Source: Eubacteriales bacterium
GTDB taxonomy: Bacteria; Bacillota; Clostridia; Oscillospirales; CAG-272
DNA length: 64,000 nt
Direction: 5' to 3'
Assembly: GCA_045542275.1 (NCBI GenBank)
Contig: JAZQKP010000031.1
Coordinates: forward strand, 41,820 to 105,819
Shown one piece after another: positions 9,256 to 20,361 of this stretch (position 1 is the first letter of the stretch; each line of letters begins with the position of its first letter). Position numbers and translations under genes: made by a program. The notes under the pieces are model-generated. The model ran no database searches. It had not been told where the DNA came from and was given only the letters and a program-made list of their open reading frames with translations.

Positions 9256-9382
9256 AAATACCCCCATAGATAATGATTCATATTGAAATTATTCTGTCGT
9301 TTAGACACAGCGTATCTATTCTACCACATTTTTTTATTAAATAGTTAATTTTTTTAAAATTTAATCAAAAATCGTTGTTTTT

Positions 9383-9424
9383 TATAAAAACACCACAAAC
9401 ACCGTCGAAAAAACGGTGTTTGTG
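9383..9424 (-). terminator. Intrinsic terminator after rhaA
   Basis: 11-bp stem CACAAACACCG / CGGTGTTTGTG (9394-9404 / 9414-9424), followed by a T-run on the minus strand. Confidence 0.75.
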
Positions 9425-9430
9425 ACAAAT

Positions 9431-10678
9431 TTATCTCTTTAAAAGAACCTCGTTTTCGTATTCCTTAACTTCCCAGATCCAGTCTGCGCCTACAGGAACA
9501 CCGCATTCCTCACAGTATTTATCCCATACTGCTTCGAAAGGCATTGACTTAAGCTCCTCAAGCCAAGCGAGACGTGAGGTATAATCCATATTAACCTCAA
9601 ACTCCTTTAACATCTCAGTAGGCTCAAGCATTGCAAAAAGAAGTGCCTTCTGAATGTTACGTGCGCCGATTACCCATGCAGCAATTCTGTTAATACTTGC
9701 ATCAAAGAAATCAAGACCGATAAGAATTCTGTCCATTTCTCCACTTCTTACAATCTCCTGAGCAATTGCCTTAAGCTCATCGTCAAAGATAACTACGTGG
9801 TCACTATCCCATCTTACAGGGCGTGAAACGTGAAGCAAAAGACCGGGTGTGAACTGAAGCGCTGTGCTGATCTTATCAGAAATTACTTCTGTTGGATGGA
9901 AATGACCTGCATCAAGTGTAAGATACTGAGAATTCTTTGCACAATAGCCAAGATAGAAGTCGTTAGAACCGATTGTACAGCTCTCTGCTCCTATACCGAA
10001 TACCTTACCTTCAAGAGCTGCAATATTGTATTTAGGATCAACAGGTACCGCAAAGATCTGGTTAAGAGAATCCTCAAGTCTTTCTCTGTAACCCTTTCTG
10101 TCTACAGGAATATCCTTAAATCCATCAGGAATCCAGTAGTTACTTGCGCAAACCTCGCCCATTTCTTTACCTATGTATTCTGCAATCTTTCTTGTTGCGA
10201 TTACATGGTCGATCCAGAACTTACGAATCTTTTCATCATGATGGCTGAGTGTAAAGCCATCTGCAGAAAGAGGATGTGAGAAGCATGTTGGATCAAGGTT
10301 AAGACCGTAGCCCTTTTCCTTCGCCCACTTTATCCATGTTTCATAATGCTCAGGCTTAATCTGGTCTCTGGGAACACTTTCACCCTTATTATCGAGATAA
10401 ATAGCATGTAAGCAGAGCTTCTTTTTACCGGGAATCATAGATGCAGCTTTATCAAAGTCAGCCTTAAGCTCCTCAATATTTCTTGCAGCACCGGGATAAT
10501 CGCCTGTTGTCTGAATGCCACCTGTCAAGGGGCCCTTACTTTCAAAACCCTTAACGTCATCACCCTGCCAGCACTGAATGGAAACAGGAACCTTTTTCAT
10601 CTTTTCAATAACAGCATCGGTATCGATGCCTATTTTTGCATATGCTTCCTTAGCGTATTCATACATCTTATTGCTCAT
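9431..10678 (-). CDS. rhaA: L-rhamnose isomerase
   Basis: 415 aa. [15 protein letters not shown]...LCLHAIY...[14 protein letters not shown] are RhaA-type segments. Confidence 0.9.
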   Translation of the reverse strand: MSNKMYEYAKEAYAKIGIDTDAVIEKMKKVPVSIQCWQGDDVKGFESKGPLTGGIQTTGDYPGAARNIEELKADFDKAASMIPGKKKLCLHAIYLDNKGESVPRDQIKPEHYETWIKWAKEKGYGLNLDPTCFSHPLSADGFTLSHHDEKIRKFWIDHVIATRKIAEYIGKEMGEVCASNYWIPDGFKDIPVDRKGYRERLEDSLNQIFAVPVDPKYNIAALEGKVFGIGAESCTIGSNDFYLGYCAKNSQYLTLDAGHFHPTEVISDKISTALQFTPGLLLHVSRPVRWDSDHVVIFDDELKAIAQEIVRSGEMDRILIGLDFFDASINRIAAWVIGARNIQKALLFAMLEPTEMLKEFEVNMDYTSRLAWLEELKSMPFEAVWDKYCEECGVPVGADWIWEVKEYENEVLLKR

Positions 10679-10679
10679 C

Positions 10680-12167
10680 TTATATTTCCTTTCCGCAAAT
10701 TGCTAAATATCTTTGATATGCCTCTTCCCACTCAGCTGTATGATGAGGCTCATATACTTTAATGTCAAATGAATTTCTGATAACCTCTCTAGCCTGTGCA
10801 ACGTCCTTGATTTCACCGGAGGAAATTGCCTGCATTGCAATATTACCCATTGCAGTTGCCTCAACAGGACCCGCATATACAACTCTGTTAGATGCATCTG
10901 CTGCATACTGACAAAGAATTTTTTCCTTAGTTCCACCACCAACAATGTTAATGGAGGAATAATGCTTGCCTGTCATATGCTCAATAGCCTCAATAGTCTG
11001 TCTGTAGCAAAGAACAAGGCTTTCAAATATACATCTTACAACCTCACCGATTGTTTCAGGTACATGCTGACCTGTCTTCTTACAGAATTCTCTGATTCTC
11101 GAAGGCATATCGCCCTGAGGATTGAAAAGATCGTTATTAGGATCAATAAAGCATTGGAAGGGCTTAGATTCAAGAGCTTTAGCTGTAAGCTCATCAAATG
11201 ATATATCAAGACCCTCTCTCTTCCACTGTCTTCTTGATTCCTGCTCAAGCCAAAGACCCATAATATTTTTAAGGAATCTTATCTTTCTTTCAGCTCCGCC
11301 TTCATTCGTAAGATTGTAGCTCATTGATTCCTTAGTGATTACAGGCTCATCACATTCAACACCCATAAGTGACCATGTACCGCTACTGATGTAAACAAAG
11401 TCTTCACCCTTTTTTGCAGGAACTGCGATAACAGCACTTGCAGTATCATGTGCAGCAACATTAACAACTGTAGCATCAAGCTGACCGATTTCAGCACGTA
11501 AGCCTTCAGAAAGCTTACCAATTCTGTTACCAGGCATTACAAGGTCGCAGAATATATCATTTCTGATGCCAAACTTATTAAGTAAGTCAAAGGCGATCTT
11601 TCTTTTCTTTGCGTCAATAATAGCACCTGTTGAAGCTATGGTGTATTCTGTAAGCATTTCACCTGTAAGGAAATAGTTTAGCAAATCAGGAACAAAAAGA
11701 AGTTTCTTAGCATTGTCAACTATGTACTTTCTGTCTCTTAAATCAGCACAAAGCTGATAAAGAGTATTAAAGTTCATTGTCTGAATACCTGTAACTGAAT
11801 AAATATCTTCGAAAGGAACAGTCTTAAAGGCATAAGGCTGAATACCTACAGTTCTTGCATCTCTGTAGTGATAAGGGTTAGCCATTAATACGCCATTCTT
11901 ATCAACAAAGCCGTAGTCTACACCCCAGGTATCTATACCAATGCTCTTTATATCCTTATCATCGGACAAAATACATTTTGAAATAGATGATTTGATTTCG
12001 TGAAAAATTCTTAAGATATCCCAACAGAAGTTTCCGGTAGTATTAACCGGCTCATTAGGGAAACGGTGGTTTTCTCTGATTGAAAACTTATTACCGTCGT
12101 ATGAACCTACTATACCTCGTCCACTGGATGCACCAAGGTCAATAGCGAGCATTTTTAAATCTGCCAT
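10680..12167 (-). CDS. rhaB: Rhamnulokinase (FGGY carbohydrate kinase family)
   Basis: 495 aa. FGGY N-terminus ([26 protein letters not shown]). It ends 1 nt upstream of rhaA. Confidence 0.85.
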   Translation of the reverse strand: MADLKMLAIDLGASSGRGIVGSYDGNKFSIRENHRFPNEPVNTTGNFCWDILRIFHEIKSSISKCILSDDKDIKSIGIDTWGVDYGFVDKNGVLMANPYHYRDARTVGIQPYAFKTVPFEDIYSVTGIQTMNFNTLYQLCADLRDRKYIVDNAKKLLFVPDLLNYFLTGEMLTEYTIASTGAIIDAKKRKIAFDLLNKFGIRNDIFCDLVMPGNRIGKLSEGLRAEIGQLDATVVNVAAHDTASAVIAVPAKKGEDFVYISSGTWSLMGVECDEPVITKESMSYNLTNEGGAERKIRFLKNIMGLWLEQESRRQWKREGLDISFDELTAKALESKPFQCFIDPNNDLFNPQGDMPSRIREFCKKTGQHVPETIGEVVRCIFESLVLCYRQTIEAIEHMTGKHYSSINIVGGGTKEKILCQYAADASNRVVYAGPVEATAMGNIAMQAISSGEIKDVAQAREVIRNSFDIKVYEPHHTAEWEEAYQRYLAICGKEI

Positions 12168-12204
12168 AGTAAAAATCCTTTCAAAATATGTGTATTATAC
12201 TAAT

Positions 12205-12233
12205 ATTATAACAAACGTTAATTGGTTTTGCAA
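12205..12233 (-). promoter_or_regulatory. Candidate sigma-A promoter for rhaBA
   Basis: On the minus strand: TTGCAA (12233-12228), 17 nt, TGTTATAAT (TATAAT = 12210-12205). Confidence 0.4.
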
Positions 12234-12241
12234 TACCTTTA

Positions 12242-14614
12242 TTACTTAAACTCTACGATTGTCACACCAAAATCGCCCTCTCCGAATTCACCGTGGCGAT
12301 ATTTTTTTACTCTTTGGTCCTTTCTGAAGAATTCCCAAAGCCCTTTTCTTAAGACGCCTGTTCCCTTACCGTGAACTACTGTTACACTTTTAATTCCGGA
12401 ATAAAGCGCCTCATCAAAGTATTTATCTACATCTATCCATGCCTCTTCAATATTCTTTCCACGAACATCAATTGATATTGAAAAATCCTTGGAAACAATT
12501 GCTTTTGTTCTTGATTGAGGCTTCTCCTTTTTCTTGTCAATCTTCTTTTCAGTAACAAGAATCAAGTTAGAGATATTGGTTTTTGTCTTGGCAATACCCG
12601 ACTTTACATTTACATTTCCTTGCTTATCCGGATCATCAAGCAATACACCCTCTGTACCAAGGTTTCTCAAAATAACAGTATCGCCTTTCACCAATGGACG
12701 GGGCAAAACGTAATTATCGTCCACTTCTTCAACGGGGTTGTAAATATCATCAGCTTCATTAAGACGGTTTCTAAGATCCTTTTTAGCATCGGCATACATT
12801 TTGCCGAAATCCTTAGAATCCTTTTCCTTCTGTAGCTTGTCAAGTCTGTCAAAGATATATTCTGTGCTTACCTTAGCTCCGGAAATCATTTCCTGAGCCT
12901 TTTTAACCATTTTTTCAGCATCCTTTTCGGCACGACTGAGCTTGTCCTTAAGCTCCTTTTCAGCCTTTAATTTGAAAGCCTCATACTCCTCACGAAGCCT
13001 CTTTGCCTCTTCCTTTTCATTTTCTAAGGCTATTCTTGATTCTTCAAGCTTTCCGATTACACTTTCAAAGCTCTTTGAATCATCTGAGGTTAGTTCACTT
13101 GCTCTTTTTACTATTTCTTCTGAGACACCAAGCTTTGAGGAAATCAAAAACGCATTCGATTTACCCGGAGCACCGATTATAAGCTTATATGTAGGCTTTA
13201 GTGTATTTACATCAAATTCGCAAGATGCGTTGGAAACACCCTCCGTATTTAATGCAAAAGCCTTAAGCTCTGCATAATGAGTTGTACCGGCGCAAAGACA
13301 TTTTTCAGAGAGAACTCTTTCAAGAATAGACTGAGCAAGTGCAGCACCCTCAATAGGGTCTGTACCTGCACCCAGTTCGTCGAAAAGAACTAGTGAATCC
13401 GGTGTCATATTCTCCAAAATTTTAACAACGGAAAGCATATGAGCAGAAAAAGTTGAAAGAGACTGTTCAATGCTCTGTTCATCACCTATATCAGGAAAAA
13501 CACCGTCGAATATACATATTTCAGCCCTGTCAGCAGGAAGCTGAAGTCCTGACTGTGCCATTAATGCAAATAAGCCCAGTGTTTTTAAGGTTACAGTCTT
13601 ACCACCTGTATTTGGACCTGTAACAACAAGCATTCTGTAGCCCTCGCCGATTGAAATATTAATCGGCACAACGGTTTCTTTATTAAGTAAAGGATGTCTT
13701 GCTCTTTCAAAAACAACGATTTTTTTATCGTTTATTTTTGGCTCGATTGCATTCATCTTATATGAAAGCTCGGCACAGGCAAAATAAAATCCAATTTCTG
13801 TGATATTTCGGTAGTTATTAAATAGCTGCATTGCAAAATTAGCTATATCTGCAGAAAACTCTGCAAGGATACGCTCAATTTCCGTCTGCTCCTGCCCCAT
13901 AAGTGTACGAAGCTCATTATTTGCTTCGACTACAGACATAGGCTCTATAAATAATGTAGCTCCTGTTCCCGATGTATCGTGAACTAAGCCCTTGATTTCA
14001 TTTCTATTCTCGCTTTTAACAGGAAGAACATATCTTCCGTTTCTCATTGTGACAATAGTATCTCTTAAATGCTTAGCATTATCTCCAAGCAAATAGCTTT
14101 GCAGAATTTCTCTTATTCTATTAGTCTGATATCTGATTTTTCTTCTGATATCTGCAAGAGCCGGGCTTGCCTCATCAGCAATGAGGTCCTCGCCGATAAT
14201 TGCCCTTACAATTCTGTCCTCAAGAGGTTTATTTGGTACAAGAACATCAAAAAACTCTGTTAAGGCGCATCTTTTGAGTGCATCGGTATGAATGTACTCT
14301 ATAAGAGATCTTGTTGTATGCAAAACAGATGCTACATCAAGTATTTCTCTTGGCGATAATACAGAGTTCTTTTCTGCCTTTTCTACAGAATCAAGAATAT
14401 CAGGCATATTACCAAAGGATGGCGCACCCTTTATTCCCACCATATATTTAGCATCGGCAGTAAAGGTCTGTCGTCTTACAACACTTTCCTTATTGCTTGT
14501 GGGCTGCAGCGCTAAGGCTCTTTTTTTAGCCCCCTCGGTAGGAGCTACAGCAGCAAGCATTTCAAGTACCTTATCAAATTCCAGAACTGAAATTGATTTA
14601 TCAAAATTTAGCAT
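12242..14614 (-). CDS. mutS2: Endonuclease MutS2 (MutS domain V ATPase plus C-terminal Smr)
   Basis: 790 aa. Walker A GPNTGGKTV, DELGAGTDP, a K/E-rich coiled coil, and a C-terminal Smr domain (VVHGKGTGVLRK). Confidence 0.9.
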   Translation of the reverse strand: MLNFDKSISVLEFDKVLEMLAAVAPTEGAKKRALALQPTSNKESVVRRQTFTADAKYMVGIKGAPSFGNMPDILDSVEKAEKNSVLSPREILDVASVLHTTRSLIEYIHTDALKRCALTEFFDVLVPNKPLEDRIVRAIIGEDLIADEASPALADIRRKIRYQTNRIREILQSYLLGDNAKHLRDTIVTMRNGRYVLPVKSENRNEIKGLVHDTSGTGATLFIEPMSVVEANNELRTLMGQEQTEIERILAEFSADIANFAMQLFNNYRNITEIGFYFACAELSYKMNAIEPKINDKKIVVFERARHPLLNKETVVPINISIGEGYRMLVVTGPNTGGKTVTLKTLGLFALMAQSGLQLPADRAEICIFDGVFPDIGDEQSIEQSLSTFSAHMLSVVKILENMTPDSLVLFDELGAGTDPIEGAALAQSILERVLSEKCLCAGTTHYAELKAFALNTEGVSNASCEFDVNTLKPTYKLIIGAPGKSNAFLISSKLGVSEEIVKRASELTSDDSKSFESVIGKLEESRIALENEKEEAKRLREEYEAFKLKAEKELKDKLSRAEKDAEKMVKKAQEMISGAKVSTEYIFDRLDKLQKEKDSKDFGKMYADAKKDLRNRLNEADDIYNPVEEVDDNYVLPRPLVKGDTVILRNLGTEGVLLDDPDKQGNVNVKSGIAKTKTNISNLILVTEKKIDKKKEKPQSRTKAIVSKDFSISIDVRGKNIEEAWIDVDKYFDEALYSGIKSVTVVHGKGTGVLRKGLWEFFRKDQRVKKYRHGEFGEGDFGVTIVEFK

Positions 14615-14622
14615 GTTACTCC

Positions 14623-15411
14623 TTATAGCATTGACTTATAAAATTCCAGAGAGTAAAAGCCTCTTTCAAGATGGTTAAGCAAGTATTTCTCGCAGGCATC
14701 AAAGAACATTGAATGCTCATTTTCATCAAGAGAAAATGCAAGAAATCTTTCTTGTCTTGAATTACAAATATATCTCATGGTCTGTAATACCGCATCAGAA
14801 ATAATTGATATAGGTCTTGGTACTCCCATCTCGTAAAAACTATCTTTTACAAATGTAAAATTTGAATTGTTTCTACACTTTTCGCATATATAGTGTCCGT
14901 TCATGATATCAAGGCATGAAAACGGTGGATTTACATCTCCACAGCTCTCACATCCAGTCAAATCAGGCATAAATCCACATTCTACAGCCGTTCTTAACTG
15001 AAAAGATGCTCTTATAATTTCAAGTGGACGAATATTTTTGGCGATTGCAAAAAGTGTATTCAGAGTCAGCTTAAGCATATCAGCCTCCTCTACGCCCTCC
15101 TTTGTTACCTCACACACCACATCACATATGTAGGCTGCCAAGGATAGCTTTAAAATATCATCTCTGATATCATAATAATTCTCTATTAAATCGCTGTCTG
15201 TTATGTAATACATATTTCCTTTCTTACGAAAGTTAAAGGAAGCATAGGAAAAAAGCTGACATGACGCCATATGGCGACTGCGTACGCTTTTTACCCCCTT
15301 TCCCAGTACAAACAGCTTTCCGTATTTTTCGGTAAGGATGGTAAGAAGCTTATCATTTTCTCCGTGATCTGCCTCACGTATTACTAAGCCGTTTACCTTA
15401 AAATCTGTCAT
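14623..15411 (-). CDS. recO: DNA repair protein RecO
   Basis: 262 aa. OB-fold N-terminus (GLVIREADHGENDKLLTILT) and a zinc-finger region (CESCG...CEKC). It follows era as in other Firmicutes. Confidence 0.85.
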   Translation of the reverse strand: MTDFKVNGLVIREADHGENDKLLTILTEKYGKLFVLGKGVKSVRSRHMASCQLFSYASFNFRKKGNMYYITDSDLIENYYDIRDDILKLSLAAYICDVVCEVTKEGVEEADMLKLTLNTLFAIAKNIRPLEIIRASFQLRTAVECGFMPDLTGCESCGDVNPPFSCLDIMNGHYICEKCRNNSNFTFVKDSFYEMGVPRPISIISDAVLQTMRYICNSRQERFLAFSLDENEHSMFFDACEKYLLNHLERGFYSLEFYKSML

Positions 15412-16301
15412 TAAATCTCCTTGGAATTATATCCGAAGTTATTAAGATTGAAGAGGTTGTCTCTCCACTTCTCCTTTACCTTTACCCAAAGATTAATATA
15501 TACCTTTACACCAAAGAATCTTTCAAGGTCCTCTCTTGCATAAGAGCCTATAGTTTTAAGTGCTTCTCCGTTTTTGCCGATTATAATACCCTTGTGAGAT
15601 GCCTTTTCACAGTAAATATCTGCTCTTATACGAAGAATTTTTCCTTCATCCTTAAATTCCTCGATTGAAACAGCTGTTCCGTGAGGAATCTCATCGTTAA
15701 GAGTACGAAGAATCTTTTCTCTTATGGTTTCAGCAGCTATCATTCTCTCAGGCTGGTCTGTAATCATATCCTCAGGGAAAAACCATTCACTTTCGGATAA
15801 AAACTTTTCACATTCGGAAAGAACTATATCTACACCCTGTCCCTTTGATGCACTTGTGGGTATTACTGCATCAAATTTATAAATTGAATCATATTGAGCA
15901 ATAGTTTCTGCAAGCTTAACAGGGTCTGACATATCAACCTTATTAAGTACAAGAATTGCAGGAATTTTGTTAGCTACAATCTGTTCAATTATATTTTTTT
16001 CAATATCTCCTGGCGCATGAAAAGCATCTGCCATAATAATTGCAGCATCTGATGAGCCGATTGATGAGCTAGATGCCTTAAGCATATAGTCACCAAGCTT
16101 TGTTCTCGGTCTTTGGAAGCCGGGAGTATCTAAGAAAACAAATTGGTCCTCTCCTCTTGTAAGGATACCTGTTATTCTGTTTCTAGTTGTCTGAGGCTTA
16201 GAGGATACAATAGCAACCTTTTCGCCCAAAATAGCATTAAGTAATGTGGATTTACCTACATTAGGTCTGCCTACAATTGCAATAAAAGCTGTTCTTTTCA
16301 T
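15411..16301 (-). CDS. era: GTPase Era
   Basis: 296 aa. GRPNVGKST, DTPG, NKVD, and a C-terminal KH domain (IIIGKNGEALK). Confidence 0.95.
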   Translation of the reverse strand: MKRTAFIAIVGRPNVGKSTLLNAILGEKVAIVSSKPQTTRNRITGILTRGEDQFVFLDTPGFQRPRTKLGDYMLKASSSSIGSSDAAIIMADAFHAPGDIEKNIIEQIVANKIPAILVLNKVDMSDPVKLAETIAQYDSIYKFDAVIPTSASKGQGVDIVLSECEKFLSESEWFFPEDMITDQPERMIAAETIREKILRTLNDEIPHGTAVSIEEFKDEGKILRIRADIYCEKASHKGIIIGKNGEALKTIGSYAREDLERFFGVKVYINLWVKVKEKWRDNLFNLNNFGYNSKEI

Positions 16302-16763
16302 TTAATACCCCATTAACTCCATAATTTCTGCCTGTTTTCTGAACATTTCCTTTTCGTCTGCCTTAGATGTTTCGTGGTCGTAGCCAAGCAAATGCAAGGT
16401 TGAATGAACGCAAAGGAATGCAACCTCATGGTATAAGCTATGGCCAATTTCATAGCCCTGCTTTGCTGCTCTTTCAAGAGAAATAACTATATCTCCAAGA
16501 GGAACATCAGTAACCATCTCAACATTTGAAAAATCATCAAACATGGGGAAGGATAAAACATCTGTTGCAGAATTCTTATTTCTGTAATTTTTGTTGAGCT
16601 CCTTAATCTGCTCATTATCTGTAAAGGTTACAGAAACCTCACAGTTCTTATCAAAGCCCTCGTAAATAAGAGTATTAAATATAGCCTTTCTTGCAACGGC
16701 CTTTAAGGCTACTCTTAATTCAAACTTGTCCTGTTCGTCCTTAAAATATGTGTTAAGTCTCAT
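16302..16763 (-). CDS. ybeY: rRNA maturation endoribonuclease YbeY
   Basis: 153 aa. Metal-binding motif HSTLHLLGYDH. Confidence 0.9.
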   Translation of the reverse strand: MRLNTYFKDEQDKFELRVALKAVARKAIFNTLIYEGFDKNCEVSVTFTDNEQIKELNKNYRNKNSATDVLSFPMFDDFSNVEMVTDVPLGDIVISLERAAKQGYEIGHSLYHEVAFLCVHSTLHLLGYDHETSKADEKEMFRKQAEIMELMGY

Positions 16764-17788
16764 TTTAAATTTCCTTTTCCTTGTCTATATGTTGTTCTGT
16801 TTGCTTTGTATTCAGCTTTTTCCTTTTCATATTTATCATAAGCAAGAATAATTCTCTGTACAAGCTTATGTCTTACTACATCCTTTTCTGAGAATGTATG
16901 AATTGCTATACCCTCTACGTCTCTCAATATCTTTACCGCCTCTGCAAGACCGCTCTTTTTGCCGTCGGGCAGGTCTGTCTGTGTCAGGTCACCTGTAACA
17001 ACAATTTTTGAGCCTATACCAAGTCTTGTTAAGAACATTTTCATCTGCTCCGGTGTGGTATTTTGCGCTTCATCAAGTATTATAAATGAATCATCAAGAG
17101 TTCTGCCTCGCATATATGCAAGAGGCGCAATCTCAATAACCATTTTTTCGATATACTTAGAGCAGCTTTCAAATCCAAGCATCTCATAAAGTGCATCATA
17201 TAAAGGTCTCAAATATGGGTCAATTTTACTCTGTAAATCACCGGGTAAAAATCCAAGTCGTTCACCGGCCTCAACGGCAGGTCTTGTTAAAATGATACGG
17301 TTGATTTCCTTGTCTCGTAATGCTTTAACCGCCATCGCAACAGCCAAAAAGGTTTTACCCGTACCTGCAGGACCTGTGCCGATGGTGATTGTATTCTTTT
17401 TTATGTTATCAATGTAACGCTTCTGGCCAACTGTTTTTGCTTTTATTGGTCTACCCTTAGCGCTTACAAAAAAGCAGTCAGCATCCAGCTCATTTAAATC
17501 TCCTGTCCTGTTTTCACGAACCATTGATATGGCATAGTCAACGCTTTGCTCTGTAATTATATTGTTCATTGATGCCATTTTGTTAAGGTACATCATTACC
17601 TCATAGGCATTCTTTACATTTTCATCATCACCACTTATAGTAATACAATCGCCTATATCATTGTTAGACGGTCTGTTAACTATTTTTACATTAAAGGCCC
17701 TTTCAATTGCCATAACATTTACATCAAAAGAACCGAAAATTGAGCTTGTGGCACTTGGCGACGAGGTGTTAAACGTTTTCTCTGCCAT
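16760..17788 (-). CDS. phoH: PhoH-family ATPase
   Basis: 342 aa. GPAGTGKTFLAVA, ILDEAQN, VVTGDLTQTDLP. Confidence 0.9.
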   Translation of the reverse strand: MAEKTFNTSSPSATSSIFGSFDVNVMAIERAFNVKIVNRPSNNDIGDCITISGDDENVKNAYEVMMYLNKMASMNNIITEQSVDYAISMVRENRTGDLNELDADCFFVSAKGRPIKAKTVGQKRYIDNIKKNTITIGTGPAGTGKTFLAVAMAVKALRDKEINRIILTRPAVEAGERLGFLPGDLQSKIDPYLRPLYDALYEMLGFESCSKYIEKMVIEIAPLAYMRGRTLDDSFIILDEAQNTTPEQMKMFLTRLGIGSKIVVTGDLTQTDLPDGKKSGLAEAVKILRDVEGIAIHTFSEKDVVRHKLVQRIILAYDKYEKEKAEYKANRTTYRQGKGNLK

Positions 17789-17803
17789 ATATTCTCCTTT
17801 GCT

Positions 17804-18973
17804 TTAACCAACCTTAAATTCAACGACCTTAGCAATATCCTCAATGCAGTAAAGGTCACATTCTATATAGTAAAATTCGTAGTCACAATAGTAATTTACC
17901 CGTTTTGACAGTAGCTCTGCATTCTTTAAGGCAATATCAAGCTCCTCTCTCAGCTTTACAAAAGCCAACTCCTTAGCCTCTCTTTCGGTGTATGAAACAT
18001 CCTTATAGACATACTCTGAAAATATTGTTTCTGTCACTACAACAGGTAATTTAATTTTGTTAAACAGTACTATATTCTTGTTAACTTCTATTTTATCATA
18101 AAATTTATTACAATTGCTATTTTTTTTAAAAATATTTATATGTTTAGAAAAGATTTTTACGCTTTTGTCCGAATTAATGGTGCCTGTATATTCTTTTACT
18201 GATTCCATCATTGGTATTTTTATAGAAATATGCTTATTTACATATGCATTTACCACTCCGTCTGCATGAACATATCGAACACCCTCTGATTGAGAGTCTA
18301 TAACACCCGATATTAATATATCTCCTTCTTTTACTATATCCAGTAGCTTTACGGTCTTTATTCCGTCATAAAGTCTTATAAGTGCAATCTGCCCATCGCA
18401 CTTTGCAACCACGTTTGAATATGTATTCTGAGGTTTTTCCTCCTCTGTCATTCGTTCCTTAACCGATACATTGGCTACATTTCCAACTATATTGACAGAA
18501 ATCCAAGAGATTTTATCAGATTTTAAAAGAAAGGTATTATGCAGCTTGTCATAGTCAATCTTGGGAATAAAACTACCTAGTGAAAAGCCACAGTCATTTA
18601 ATGTTTTCAATATTTCTTCATCTTTTGTTGATGTGTTACCATCAATCCTTATATCCCATACAAAAAGTGAAGATGTATAAACTATTATAAGCATTAAAAA
18701 AATACCGATAAAGGCTCCATACCTTTTTTTATATTTGGTTACAACAGCTCCTAAGCCATAATTGTCAGAAAAGGTTGCTATAATATCGTTTTTCTCGAAT
18801 TCTTGTGCAAACCTTTCTTTGTTCTTTACAGAAACAATAAATACTCCTTCTCCATTTACGTTAAATGAAAAGCTTTCATAAGAGAGAGATTTTTCAAGAA
18901 TAATTTGAAAAGCACTATTTACTTTATCCGGAGTCACGGTAATTCTTATCTTGCCTAGCGAAAATTTACTCAT
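17804..18973 (-). CDS. yqfD: Sporulation protein YqfD
   Basis: ~389 aa with a single mid-protein TM segment and YqfD-type architecture, located after yqfC. ATG 18973 overlaps the yqfC stop (AATGAGTAA). Confidence 0.8.
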   Translation of the reverse strand: MSKFSLGKIRITVTPDKVNSAFQIILEKSLSYESFSFNVNGEGVFIVSVKNKERFAQEFEKNDIIATFSDNYGLGAVVTKYKKRYGAFIGIFLMLIIVYTSSLFVWDIRIDGNTSTKDEEILKTLNDCGFSLGSFIPKIDYDKLHNTFLLKSDKISWISVNIVGNVANVSVKERMTEEEKPQNTYSNVVAKCDGQIALIRLYDGIKTVKLLDIVKEGDILISGVIDSQSEGVRYVHADGVVNAYVNKHISIKIPMMESVKEYTGTINSDKSVKIFSKHINIFKKNSNCNKFYDKIEVNKNIVLFNKIKLPVVVTETIFSEYVYKDVSYTEREAKELAFVKLREELDIALKNAELLSKRVNYYCDYEFYYIECDLYCIEDIAKVVEFKVG

Positions 18974-19253
18974 TTTTACCAACCTTATCAATAGAATAGC
19001 TTTTGATATACCCTCTTATATTTACTCTTCCCTGAGAAAAGGTCATCATAGAAAGAGATGCTCCTTTAATTTTTAACAGATATGCTTTTGAGCGAATTAT
19101 TATTTCATCATCCTTGTATTTTTTTATACCTACACATCCATCAATGCTAAGCTGAGTATTACCTACAAATTGAGCATTTGGTACAGATGCTATTCCATTA
19201 AGAGGTATATCAAATCTGTCGGATATCAAATCCTCAAGGCTTCTTTTTATCAT
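18966..19253 (-). CDS. yqfC: Sporulation protein YqfC
   Basis: ~95 aa. Typical YqfC (LSIDGCVGIKKYKDDEIIIR...GASLSMMTFSQGRVNIRG), positioned upstream of yqfD. Confidence 0.8.
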   Translation of the reverse strand: MIKRSLEDLISDRFDIPLNGIASVPNAQFVGNTQLSIDGCVGIKKYKDDEIIIRSKAYLLKIKGASLSMMTFSQGRVNIRGYIKSYSIDKVGKNE

Positions 19254-19326
19254 TTTGTTACCCTCACAAAACATATATTCTATTATGGATATTTATGATA
19301 AGGGTGTGATAATAATAACTTCCAAA

Positions 19327-20358
19327 ATGAAAAATATAATGAGCATTTTTTTAATTTTTATAATATTTTTCTTATTTTTTGCAAATGTAAAAGATATAAA
19401 CTTGACTATTTATAACTCTCTTATTTTTTGTGGTAACACATTAATTTGTTCGATTTTTCCTTTTATGGTTATATCCTCTTTTATCTCAAACACTTATATT
19501 ATAGAAAAACTTTTGTCGAAAAGCAAAAATAATATATTAGGCATATGTAAAATATACTTACCCTCTATTATTCTTGGCTCTATTGCTGGTTTTGTTACCG
19601 GTGCAAAATGTATAAGGGAGATTTATTCTAAAAATCCGACTGATTCAGAATCCTTTTCTAATGCCATTATTCTCTCCTCTAATGCAGGAATAGGCTTTAT
19701 TGTAGCCTGTGTTGGTGTACGAATATGGAATAGCACTATTTATGGATTTATACTTTATGCTTTTCAAATTATTATTTCTTTATTTTTGGGTAAAATATTT
19801 TTCAGAAAAAAGCAAGATGAAAATTATTTTATAATTACACAAAAAGCAAATTATATAAATGCCTTTACAGACGCTATAAGCTCTAGTGCACAGGTTATTA
19901 TAACAATGTGTTCTTTTATTATTTTCTTTTCCATAATTATTACCACTATTTCTACTCTATTTCCTATTGAAACCCGAACAGAGGTTTCTTCAATTTTAAA
20001 TATTTTCTTAGAATTTTGTACGGGAGCCTTTAAATGCGTTTCCTTTAAAAACACGTTATTATGTGGCTTTTTAACCGGATTTTCTATTGGATTTGGTGGA
20101 TTGTGTGTCCATTTTCAAATATTCTCTGTTTGTAATAATTTTCCTTTATCTAAAGGCAAATTTTTTGTTTTCAAATTAATTCACGGTTTACTTTTAGGAG
20201 CTATATCCTCTATAATAGTTTTCTCATTAAAGCTTGAACCAAATAACAGCTCTATTGCTATTATTAATGAGTTAATCAATATTAAAGGGCTTCTATTTAT
20301 TACTGGTTTTATATTAATAGTTTATTTGATAAAAAAATTTCAGATTTTCAACAAATAA
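19327..20358 (+). CDS. Polytopic membrane protein, YlbJ-like (nucleoside-recognition/Gate domain type)
   Basis: ~343 aa and very hydrophobic. The SIFPFMVISSFI segment resembles the Gate-domain motif of sporulation membrane protein YlbJ. The start is uncertain (ATG 19327 chosen; the ORF-track start is 19255). Confidence 0.45.
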   Translation: MKNIMSIFLIFIIFFLFFANVKDINLTIYNSLIFCGNTLICSIFPFMVISSFISNTYIIEKLLSKSKNNILGICKIYLPSIILGSIAGFVTGAKCIREIYSKNPTDSESFSNAIILSSNAGIGFIVACVGVRIWNSTIYGFILYAFQIIISLFLGKIFFRKKQDENYFIITQKANYINAFTDAISSSAQVIITMCSFIIFFSIIITTISTLFPIETRTEVSSILNIFLEFCTGAFKCVSFKNTLLCGFLTGFSIGFGGLCVHFQIFSVCNNFPLSKGKFFVFKLIHGLLLGAISSIIVFSLKLEPNNSSIAIINELINIKGLLFITGFILIVYLIKKFQIFNK

Positions 20359-20361
20359 ATA

